Below are positions 35,465-47,100 of a DNA stretch of 64,000 nt, one piece after another. Both the position numbers and the translations under genes were made by a program. Location of the stretch: assembly GCA_047495785.1 (NCBI GenBank), contig JBLDXI010000042.1, positions 1,798,001 to 1,862,000 of the forward strand. Reading direction: 5' to 3'. The stretch is from Lepidodermella squamata (taxonomy: Eukaryota; Animalia; Gastrotricha). The notes under the pieces were generated by a model, which worked only from the letters and a program-made list of their open reading frames with translations, was not told the origin of the DNA and made no database searches. Numbering within the stretch: position 1 is the stretch's first letter; every line of letters begins with the position of its first letter.

Positions 35465-36656
35465 ATGAAATTGTTCAATCCAATAAGCCTCGTCTTGATA
35501 GGTTTTTCCATCTTCATTGATGTTTCATCGGAAAATAATTGTTGTCATCTCGCTTAGGCATTGCCGTCTCTGAAGCAGGGTTTCCTACTGCCAGGCTACA
35601 GCCCAAGCACAGAGCATGGCGACGCATCGCCCTCGGCGACAATAATGCTAACACTAATTCGAATGTGAATCGACTCGAGGGTTCGCCGTACTTTTACTAC
35701 GCGATCGATGACGGCAGCGACCAGATGGCTCCGCTGCTACCCTGGTGGATCTACTACCACCCGAAACCAACGACTACAACGACATCAGCATCGACAACGA
35801 CGCCGACAACAACTACGCGGGCTCGAGCTCAGGCAAGAATAATTATTAAATGAACAGTAAGAAAAAAGGAGAAAATTCAAATTAGTCGCGTCTCACGAAA
35901 TCGTCTCACGAATTCAAAATCGGATAGTCATTAGAATGGGATTATAGAATCGGAATACAAACATTTTTGGCACGGATTTATGGCACTTATTTTGTGATTT
36001 GTAACAACAACCACTGGAGAATTTTCTGAAATTGATTTTAAAAATCTTACGACTCTTTTGTGTAATTTTCTCGGATTCATTCTGGCTACGCTTTTAGGAT
36101 CGAATATATTATCTTCGGCGAATACCGGAACGTTTGGTTCTGTCTGGCGATTTCTCTTGTTTGAGTTTTCAAATTTTTTTATTATCAGGTTGTTTTCCGG
36201 TGCCTTGCAACCAATGGCGCAGTGACATGCCGACAGACAGCTTGCCAGGCCACTGAGAAGACATACCCATCGACGCCCTTCACCAGCATGTCGGCCTGCC
36301 AGAACGCCGTTAAAACGCTGAAATTCTACGCAACCCCTTCAAGTCGCGACGCTGCGATCGCAACTTGTGCGAGCATTGGCGGGCTGTTAGCGACGATCAA
36401 GACACAAGCGGAAGCTACCGATGCTCTGGCGAAATCGTCACTCAGGGCCGGCTATATTGGCTTGTCGAATGACTCTGGGCAATGGCTGTGGTCCGATGGC
36501 GCCCCGTATGCTAACTACCCGCCTTGGTTCGCCGGTCAACCAGATGACGGTGCAAATGCCTGTGGTGCTCTGGTAAATTCAGGTGACGGCCCTGCAATTG
36601 TCGACTATCCGTGTAGCGACAATTTCCCGCAATTTTTCTGTGAAACTTATGCTTAA
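35465..36656 (+). CDS. C-type lectin family A gene (A8)
   Basis: Exons 35465-35501, 35559-35832 (GC donor) and 36189-36656. CTLD with YIGLSN, WLWSDG, QPD, FFCETYA. Confidence 0.88.
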
Positions 36657-38757
36657 TTGAAACAAATATGGCGTGGTATCAGCAGGCTTCAACAATTATT
36701 GAATATTTTCTGAGATCAATTTTCTTGAGAGGACTATCAACACGGATTATCTTCAATAAAAAGCTGATCAATAAGAAACGTGCTTATACTCTTTATGTAT
36801 TCCAAAGTGTGCGACTTTGAGGGTAGGATGTAGGATTTGGGGTGTCATCCCCGCAGCTCGGCCAGACTAGAGACTAGACCTATAAATGAGAATTTACCCC
36901 CAGTGTGTCGTTAATTGTGAGAGGTTTTAGAGTTTGGAGCGCGTTTTGCAAAACTCTAGCTCAACCAGCAAACATATTATTTCCAATAATTTCCGCAGTA
37001 AAAATGAAAACAACAAACTATCTGATGTGCCACACACGTCTTCGGCATGAAATTTTACCGAATTCATGAGAAGGCCGAGAAAAATAAATATTAAAATATT
37101 AAAAGTATGCAATATATGCCAGAAATTCAAAATGTTATGCAGAATTGCGACAATGTTCCTAATGCTGCATGGTCACTTTGGTGCGTCAGCTGTTGCGCGT
37201 TGACGGTACGTCGTTCGACTCCTTTTAGGGTTACGTAATTGACGTAATACGGCTAATGCTGCGAAATGGGTCAAGGGTGCGCTATGACAGTGTTTGGACT
37301 ATGTGACAGACAACATCAAACATATGGAGCGGGTATCTCCACAATGTAGGAAGTAGCGGGAGGGATGAGAGGGTTCACCCCCTCTTCGCGAAAAGTCGCG
37401 CCCCCAAAAAAGTGAAGCATCCCCCCTGCTTAAACTTGGTCGTAAAATGAAAGTGCACTGCACTCAGTTAACCTCGATCTTTCGCCTCAGTATCGCAGTC
37501 ATCGCCTCAGTAGCCACTACAAGGGCTGCAACTGTGCATTTTCAGTGCCAGAAAATCGCTTTCTCTCTAGCATTTTCACAATTTTTCGCTCGCTGCGCTC
37601 GTTCAGGCTACGTATCCTTTCAGATCTGCGATGAGCATGCAAGCTGAAGGGTTTAAATGACACTTCAAGCTGTCTTCGAACTCGATGCCGATGAGGGTCA
37701 ACAAGAATTCCGCAACGGCCCAGGCGAGGAGTTATAGACAGTGTTTTTCAAAAGCAAATCAAATCAAATCAAATCTAAAGCACTGATAGCGATGCCAGAC
37801 CTGAATCGGGCTTATAGTTTTGCCCAATTAATGCGATGTGATTAAAGGTCGCGACTAGGTATCGAATTGAATCGATTAGAGGTGCGACTCCAATCGCCGG
37901 AAGTACATGCTTGTTTTATCGCCTCACCTGAAAAACTCTCTCTGATCATTTTCTATGAAATGTTAGATGCTTAGCTTCTCAACAATAATTAATCGGCACA
38001 ACAACGAACTGAAATCACAAGTGAAATCGATGGCTGACAAGTGCAATACAAATTATGCCGATTCGAATACGCAGTCTCAGACCAGGATGATCAAAGTTTC
38101 AATCGTAACAGTTTTTCAATGCTTCCACGTGTAGTTAAGCCATGGGCTTTGCATTGCCGAATGGTTTAGTTGAGTAATCAATTTTGTTACAAGTTACAAC
38201 GTGGTCCAAACGCGGACGTTTAGGGTCTTTTGGACATTTTGCGGGCTCCGAAATCATTAAACAAAATTTTTTTTTTCGGGGGCCCGGCTCCATATTGGCT
38301 CCGGACTTTGGCTCCTATGGGCTCCAAAGGACTCCCTTGCAAACTTGGGCTCCAGATAAGTGCGTTTTCGGTGGATTTTTGAATATGGCGGTGTCTGAAA
38401 TACCATTTTCTTCATGATTCGAACAAATTGTCATCTTTCTCTCCGGGAATTAAAAAAAATGTTAATATGGTACTTTGAATTTTAATATGAAGACTTCGGA
38501 GCCTTTTGGGCTGCTCTTTTAGACATTTCGCATCAGGCTCCGGGATGATTTTTCAAATTATAGGACATATATGTCTCATAAAAAGGAAAAACAACGTTAA
38601 AAGGGAGCTTGAAATAGAGTCATTTCTGCGAATGAATTTCCCGGAAGTAAATCATGAACAAACACAGATAAAAGCCGGACGCTTGAGTCGAACGGCTGAA
38701 AAATCCGACTCATTGAAAGACTTATTCTTTTCAGACATTATTCAAGTTTTTCGAAAA

Positions 38758-41700
38758 ATGAAGGTCAAGTCACGATTTCTCACAATTTTATTGAAATTTC
38801 TCGAAATTAGTACAGCTTTGAAATTCGAAGCCGCTGGAAATGCTGAACTGAAATCGACCATCAAGAATCTAAGCTCCTCACGTCAAAAAGTCGCCGAATT
38901 AAGCGATCCAATGCCTCGATTTGTAACTTCAACCCACTTCAACACGAAATCGACATCAAACAGGACGAAATTGATCACAATTTTAACATCGATCAACTAC
39001 CTGGGACCATTATATACAGGTCCGATTAGTACCAAGTCGCTTGAATTAGCTCTCGATAGATTCGCCGTTTTAGAAAACTGGCTGCCTGGCTATGAAGTTG
39101 CACTCGATTTGATAGATGATGAATGCCTTGATGGGCCGACAGTTACTGGGTTAATGCATCAGATTCAGCGAAATCAGGACGAGGCTGGCCAACTGAATCG
39201 CATCTCACTCATGTTTCCTACGACGTGTTCAGCTCAAGAAACATCTGCAGAAGTTCTGAATTACTACAACCTAACAGGGGTAGGTGGTAAAATTTTATTT
39301 CGAAGCCCAGTCAGATTATTTTTCGATATTTCAAAGCTCAGATCGCATTAATGAACCTGTTCTATGGGCCACGTAATTCAAAATTCAAGCCTAGGCAAAT
39401 TGAATTAAATTTGTGTGAACCTTTAAAGCTCCTCATTGCCCATTCTATAAAGTCACTTGAACCTTATCAAATCTTATGGGACCTTTATGACCGTTTTGGA
39501 TCCTTCAAAAACCTACTTGGGTTTGAGCTTCAAACTTTGGTTCGAAATCCCTGCTTCAAGCAACAAAGAGAAAGCTCGTTGGAATTATTGAAACGCTTCC
39601 AGCTATTTCCACTGACCTTTCTAAGCTTGGTTAAGATTCCGGAACCTTTTCGAAGCTATGGGAACCTTTACACTACAACATCTGAACATCAAAAGGTTTT
39701 AGTTCTTTTCCAGCTTGATAATTAGAAGTATTTGAATCATCTAGAGCTTTTTCGTGTCTTATTTATGTTCATGGTACCTAGGCGAAAGGAAAGAGGATTG
39801 AGAATACTCACAGTGAACATTGAGCTTTGTCATTCTGATGAAGCCCGTCATCCTTTATTTGGGAATTTCTCAGTGGAGTTAACCCCTGCGAATCATTTTC
39901 ATCATTCTAGTCTGTATCAAGATCCTTTTTACTTCAGATGGTCCTGCTTCAAAACACCCCAGAATTCTTACTACAACGCAAGCGGTATAAGCAGTTTTTC
40001 GGGCTCGGTGAAACAGGCGACAAACCCTACATCGCATTGGCCTCATTTGTCTCTCAGATGGGCTGGCGTCAGATTGCCGTCATATCGGAAATAAATTCCT
40101 ACTTCAACGCAGTAAGTGCGATTTTATGATGCATAAACACGTTAAAACAATTTAGTCCCTTTGATAGATTGAGCGATATTTCTTTCCTGTTCTCACTCGA
40201 ATGAACATAACCCTAGCGTGGGTCGGCAAAGTGACGTATGCATCGTCGAACAGCGACGAGTTGGTTTCAAATTTCGAAGAGCTAAAATCTCACGATCAGC
40301 GAATTATTTTCGTAAATGGCGACTCCGCATCTGCCATGGCGTGCTGGCTGCACCGATACAAAATGTTCGGACCATCCTACGCCCTGTTCTTCGTAAACTG
40401 GGTCTACATCCCGCCAAGCGATTGCTACATCCCAGAATACGTTGCATCTTGGTGCACGAAGGTAATGGTAGCCCAAGTTTACGAGGGCGCCTTTTTCATG
40501 GGTGATTCTTCACTGCTAGATGTTTACGGCGAAGATTGGACGGATTCGACTGGGCTTAGTGGCGCGCAGTTTATCGAGGGTATGAGGTCGAAAATCAATC
40601 GCCCTGAAGAATCGATTGGCTGGCAGTATTGGCGGACTATGTATTACGACGCTGGGCTGTATCTCGGCTTCGTCCTCAATAAGACTGAATCGATTCTACG
40701 GGGCAGGAATCAAACCCTACTCGATTGGACGATAAATTCTGAAAAATTCCGGGAAAATGCTTCGGAAATCATGAAAATCTACGAAGAAGCAATATATTCG
40801 ACCCATGTTCGAGGTTTTAAGGGGATTTACGACTTTGACCGGGCTACAACGGTGAATTCAAACGGCTACACCCCTGCAACGCTATTTCAGCTGAGAAATA
40901 CGGAGGATTTCAGCAAGTACCCTGATCAATTCGTGGTTGGGATTTACCAATCGAATAACCGGACAAATCCTCTTACGCTGCGGCGCGATCTTGTCAAATG
41001 GAGGACGAAGGATGGATTACCGCCACTGGACAGACCCATTATCGTGCGCTTAGAAGTTCCTTTGATCCCGCAGCTTATTGCTGGAACAATTTTTGGTGAG
41101 AGAAATTATTATTTTCTTGGATGATGCATCCAATTACCCAAAAAATAGGATTCAAGTGATTGCTTTGGTTTGATTTACAGGTATTTCAGCAATTATCTCA
41201 ATTTCCATGCTTTTGGCGATGCTATTCATTACTTTCGGAGCGAACCCCATTCATTCGACCTATTTTAGCCACTGCGAGAAAATTCTAGGCTGCGGCAACG
41301 TTGTAACTTGTCTCTGTGGCCTTGCAATACCGATAAATCATTCAATGAGAGCTAGTATCGCAGTTTGCGCTATTGCAATTGCTATTTTCGTTTCTATCGG
41401 CTTTGTAACCACAATGCTCGGAATCATAGGCCAAATCGAATTACTTCACGCGAGACTGAAATATTCAAACACCAGAAGTTCTCGACATTTCCTGAAACCT
41501 TCCTTATCAATTCGACAATCAGGGGAGAGTTCTGGGAAGCAATGTATTAGACTACCCAGCGAATCCAGTGTACAGGGCCGAGAGCTTAGAAATGGACCTG
41601 GTCGCTTGAAAGTTGCAATTTTCGTTCTGAACTGCTTTCTTCTTATTGGAATATGCGTAACTGTACCTCTGGAGACAGTCCAAGAAAGCGGGCCATTTTT

Positions 41701-42377
41701 TTATGAAGATGGCGATGCGAATTCGATATTTCAAACATTTTGCTATAAGCCGTCTGTCTCCGCATTTCCGAATGAGGTCCAAGCAATAGCGTTTGTTTTA
41801 GCCGCTATTCATTTCCTCGTTTTCGCGTACGCTTGCTACGCGTCATTCAAATCCAGTAATGTAAGTCATTCAAATTTCAAACTATAATTTGATTGGATAA
41901 ATTGTTTTCTGCTAAACAAAAATCTCTATGATCTTCCATAATTTCCTTAAAAATAGTATAAAATTCGCGAAGTCAACAAAAACTGTTCCAAATTTTTTAG
42001 GAAAATTTATTTTATACCGCCTATTTTCAGAATCTACACTCGACCCAATGGAATTTCGATCTCGTTCTTCAAACAAGACGCGTCAGTCGAGCTCTTTACT
42101 GTACCGCCCTGTTTCTAATGGCTACAACATTCCTCGGTTTCCGTCTCGGTCCAGATTACACCTTGCCTCTAGGGGCCAGCTTAGCTGTCCTTTTTTCCGC
42201 TACTTCATTCGGCCTGGTGATATTGCCAAAAGTGAGCGAATTCCGCTTTTTATGAATTTCATCTAATCTATCTCCATTTAACAGGCTCTATGCAACAAAC
42301 CTACTATTCCGACTATTAAATCGAGCATGTTAGCAATCCAAAACCAAAACGGTACAATGACGATCACGATGAACTGA
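38758..42377 (+). CDS. Divergent GABA-B-like class C GPCR (Venus flytrap + 7TM), copy 1
   Basis: Signal peptide; ANF-type motifs LELAL..LPGYEVAL...DDEC, GWRQIAVI, LKSHDQRIIF, YYDA, GFKGIYDF, WRTKDGLPPLD; hydrophobic helices ending FGLVILPK. Exons 38758-39279, 39938-40111, 40168-41095, 41181-41860, 42031-42231, 42285-42377. Confidence 0.85.
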
Positions 42378-42559
42378 GCGGAATTTTTGGAAAAAAACGA
42401 ACCAGTGCAGAAAGCGCATCATTTTCCAGAAATAAAAGATGAATTTACAGTTCACAGGAAAAAAATGCGGCAGCCATCGAACTCACCGGGGGTGGTGATT
42501 TTTGTGTCTTTCAGCGATAGCCTGGACCTAGGACAAGTTTCCGTGAAGTCGAGGCGTTT

Positions 42560-43118
42560 TACTACTGAATACCCCGAACCCAGCCATCCAATACAACTAG
42601 TGGCTAGTGCCATGCCAGATTACCCTTTTATCGGTCCAAACTTCAACAATCCCGCCGAATATTACACCACATGATGTTTCCGCCATCAGTTGGTGGAGCA
42701 GTGCCTGATTACGCCCCGCCGTTCAGCAACATACTGCCGACGACGCAAATGAAGCAGAACCAGTTGATGTGCGACAGGTAACAGCGCAATATTTTTGGCG
42801 CGCGTGTTAAGCTGGAAAATTCCTTCTTCATGTGAACCTTAACGATGCAGGACTACGTTCGGGGGCAGCGTGCCATTTTAATCGTGGCAGCGTGCTGTTG
42901 CCGATGTGGCCAAAGATTTTGATGAGATAATGACCGAGCGACTGACGCTTAAAGAGGTCGACAAGGCCGCCGAGAGGTTTTCAATTTTTCCCTTTTCAAC
43001 GTTGAGGTCGGTAACGGTGACGAATTCACTCATGCGATTTCGGAAACGCATTCACATGGGTTCAGACTGTCGATGGTCAAAAGATGAGCCCTGGGAACCT
43101 CGCACAATTATGGAATAG
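42560..43118 (+). pseudogene. Decayed copy of the orphan gene at 57596-59154
   Basis: Homologous segments (ASAMPDYPFIGPNFNN; GARVKLENSFF; AKDFDEIMTERLT.KEVDK) with the start region deleted, plus stops and frameshifts. Confidence 0.8.
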
Positions 43119-43199
43119 CAAGTGCTCGAAAAAAGTCGGCAATTTTCACGCATACATATTTAAGTAAGCTTACCCTTATTCGTTGAATGCCACTTCTAA

Positions 43200-44061
43200 T
43201 AGTGCGTTCACAAACTACTTCGTAGAGGCGTCCGAAGTTTTCGGCCACCGAAGTTTCGTAACAGGCCTCCGAAGTTGCGTAATCGCTGCCCGAAGTTTAG
43301 ATTTTCGTACACAAACGCGCGCACTTCGGCCAGCGCGGCCGAAGTTTTAACAATAGGCGGTGCGCGCGCACCGAACAAAGGAAGCGCACAAACTTCGGTT
43401 CGGAGAGCCCCAAAACTGCTCTCCGAAGTGCCTCCGAACCGAAGTTTGAGCGCCTCCGAAGTTATTACGCACGCACGCAAACACACACGCGCGCACACAG
43501 CCACTTTACCACACTGTACCAGGCGCCTCAAATTTGTCTTTCCGGTGATATTTTCATTGACAATGCGATCCGTTTCATTAGCCATTAAAAATTACATAGC
43601 AATAGTGAAGCATTTAGATACTGAGAAGTTAATATTGCAAAAATGTCCGGTTTCTATGACGAATTTTTAAATCTATAAATAGCGCGGCTCGTATGGAAAA
43701 ATTGGCTTTGATGAGAATGCGCGAGAAAATATTTTTTTATGGCGAATCTGATGAACTGAGCGCTGAAATTTAGCTTCTTTTTATCCTCATCAGAAGGCGC
43801 GTCTCATTATGCAAACAATTCGGAGAATTAAGGTAAAATGGAAAAAAATTGCATTGACCCTGAGTAAGAGCCATACCCGCGCGTGGTGTGTGAGCGAGCG
43901 GCCAAACTTCGGCCGCAAACAATAGAAACTTCGGTCGTCACGCCGCGCGCGCGCGTAGAAAATGCCACTGATAAGGCCACCGAAGTTTTGCTATTTCTCT
44001 CCGAAGTTTCTACTTCGCTCTCCGAAGCGGTCGGTCTCCGAAGTAGTTTGTGAACGCACTA
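43200..44061. mobile_element. Non-autonomous TIR element with arrays of subterminal CCGAAGT repeats
   Basis: Perfect 23-bp TIR TAGTGCGTTCACAAACTACTTCG flanked by TAA on both sides. More than a dozen CCGAAGT/ACTTCGG motifs clustered at both ends. Confidence 0.85.
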
Positions 44062-44189
44062 TAAATCGATTACAGCAAAATGGATACAAAATATGAAGAG
44101 CTCAAAGGTTTATACAAACGCATATTTTATTCGCTGCAAATGAACATTATGGCAAAGTCTAAACAGAATGTACAATATGGAGGAACAGT

Positions 44190-47100
44190 CTAGTGAAATG
44201 AGGCGTTGGTGTCTCGCTTGCCGATGCGAATGAAGCTGCTATACTGCATAACGCTGTTGGTACCGAATGAAATTTGAGAATAGCCAGTTCCGAAATTTTT
44301 GAAAAACGATTGGCTTTGCCACTGTCTGCCGCAAAACATCTCGTCGGTGCCGTCACCTATAAGCAAAAGAATTCTCAACTTTACAAATTAGTTTTCGAAT
44401 ACATAGGTACAAATGAAATCGAAATTGATCGATTGGTTGAAATTATTTGAATCTTGATGGATTAACAACTCACGGCAGTCTCTGAAGCCGTTGCACCTCG
44501 CACTAGGACTGTAGCACTCCGTACGACTAATGCATGGCATAGCACCGAACTTGCAACTCGGGCAATGCTCATCACTGCGGTCGCCTTATATTAAAACAAA
44601 AATATTAGTAAAATGATGATCTAGTCTCATCTCGAGCCCGTATTACCGCAATCATCGTAACCGTTACACACTCGACTGTAAGGCACGCAGTACTGTTTGT
44701 TGCGGCACAGAAAAAATCCTGGATCGCACTGTCTCAATAGAAAGTACAGCTGTTAAACAAGATGATCTATGACATTTGAACTAACCTGTGGGCAGCCATT
44801 TTCGTCACTGTTATCAACTGGGGAAGCAAATACTTTAGCAGCTAGAAAATGCAGAAACTTGAGGAACTTACAGCAATCGTTAACGCCGTTGCACAGATGA
44901 CCAGATGTTATGCAGAAGGGAGCATTGATGCAGGGGAATGACCCAGGAGCGCAATTTTGTGGCGGAGGAGGTGGAGGCTGAGCCTAATTTGTGAAACATT
45001 GATCATGCTCATGATTAGGGAAAGCACCTACCGTGCGGTGAGTATTTGCGTCACGGTCATCGTTTGTCGTTTCTTTACAGTCATACTCATCGCTATTGTC
45101 GCCTGAAATTAAAAAAATTGGTTCAATGTAATGAATGAACAGTTTTGGGTGTTTGTGACATCAATGGCATTTTGATACCAAATAAAAGTCGTCATAACTT
45201 TCAGCAGAAGCTTAAACACTGAGAAAAACTCACCGCAGTCATCAGCGCCATCACATACCCAACCTTTTTTGATGCAATTACCGTTATCGCATATAAATCC
45301 CGAGCACTATACAAAAGTTGGAGTATCTTCCGACTATTCATTGCTATTTTACAAAGCACTCACCGCGGTCGTCGTGGGCCGGGTCGTAGGAGGTGGGGTA
45401 GTTGGAGGTGTTGGGCAACCCTGCTCATCGCTACCATCACCTTAAGAAAATGGAACTCGTCATTTCTAACAAAATTTTACGCTGTTTAGAATAGCTCTCC
45501 ACTATTGGCAGAGTTCGAGTAAATTCTGCCCGTCTTCGAACTTATGAAAACCTACGATTTGTCGAGATTTGAATTTGATTGGTCGAAATGTACCAAAAGC
45601 GGTGAATTCTTTATATTCAAGCCTTAAATTTTTAGTTATGTCAAACTCGAAGTCTGCGATCAATTTGAACTTTAAAAACGATTTCCAAGTTTCTGGTAGT
45701 TATTCAAGATTTTAAGCTAAAGCCACTCATTGATTAATGAGTATTAGAGCGAGAACAACTCACCGCAATCGTCAGTTCGATCGCATTTCCAACTATAGTT
45801 GATGCATTTACCGTTATTGCAACGGAATCCCGAGCACTGCGCGAATGTTGGAATCAGTCAGTCCTTTTCATTTTTGTATAGGACTTACCGGGGTTGTGGT
45901 AGGTGGGGTTGTTCGACGCGGTGGGCAGCCTTCCTCATCGCTCATATCACCTGAAAAGTATTTTGGTTGAGTAGGATGCACTGAATGGATCAGCACATAA
46001 TCCTCCTAACGACTCACCGCAATCGTTATCACCATCGCATTTATAACTTCTAGTAATGCATTTGCCGTTGTCACATCGGAAACCCGAGCACTGTGGCATT
46101 GAAACATCGGATATAACATTTCAAAAGAATAATTTCAAAGGAAATATATGTACCGGAGTCGTAGGTGGAACTGTCGCTGGGCAATCCTCCTCATCGCTTC
46201 CATCACCTAGAAATATTTGAAAATTAATGTAGCCGTGATTACGAATCGATCTCAATTTTGCATACCGCAGTTTCTGATGCCGTTGCACCTCTGCCACGAG
46301 TCGTAGCAGCCACCGTCACGGCAAGTATTCGCGTAACACTAGAGGAGTTTTGAATATTCTCCCAGATTTATATTATACTTTTTTCGTAAAATACCGGTCG
46401 TTTGGTGGTTGGACAGTTCAATTCATCGCTGTAATCTCCTGCATTCAAAATTGAAGTAAATTATGAACATCATTTTTTCAAAAGACAATTTATTGGTGCA
46501 CATCCTATATTTGAGGTCCAGCGGTTATATTGGTTTGAAATTTTGACGTCGGGTTCTTTCACAAATGTTTGCATGAGTAAATGTACACCTTTCATTTCTG
46601 TGAGCCTCATAAACCCTTGAAAAATTCGGCTTTGACAAACTGTTTCGGGCAAGGGTCCCTTAGATTTTTCCAATGGTTTCTATGGGTTCGGTATTTTTTA
46701 ATAAATTTCTTGTCCAAACCCTGAAACATGATTTTTTAAGCAAAAACTAACCGCAGTCGTTGTTGCCGTTACAGCGAAGTGATGCAGGGATGCACAGTTT
46801 GCTTGAGACGCATCGAAAATCGTAAGACGGGCACTATAAGCCAGAATTGACGAAGCGATATGAAAAATACAGGTTTTTGACAAAAACAAGAATGAGAAAT
46901 ATCAGAATAAATCAAACTCACGTAAGAAGTGGTGGTTGTTGTTGGCTCTGGGGTAGTAACTGGGCAGTTCCATTCATCACTTCGATCATCTGCGTGTAAA
47001 ATATCATAACATAAAATCAGGACAAATTCTCGAGGAAATTCATACCACAGTCGTAAACTCCATCGCACTTTACAGACCAAGAAACGCATTGGCGGTTACG

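Noticed and set aside
39351-40094. ORFs 39351-39725 and 39732-40094
   Set aside because: They fall in GPCR intron 1 or an alternative frame of exon 2 and are not conserved as ORFs in the paralog.
42317-42319. Apparent premature TAA in GPCR copy 1 relative to ORF 59308-59730
   Set aside because: That frame comes from intron read-through. With the phase-0 splice the last exon reads ALCNKPTIPT... and is open to 42377.
43208-43670. Overlapping 125-aa and 131-aa ORFs
   Set aside because: They lie in the GC-rich repeat array of the TIR element and have no transposase motifs.
43745-43800. CTGATGA motifs on both strands as a possible hammerhead ribozyme
   Set aside because: No convincing stem II, GAAA and stem III arrangement could be built.
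43200-44061. CRISPR-like reading of the CCGAAGT repeats
   Set aside because: The repeats are only 7-8 bp, irregularly spaced, in both orientations, in a eukaryotic context with no cas genes.
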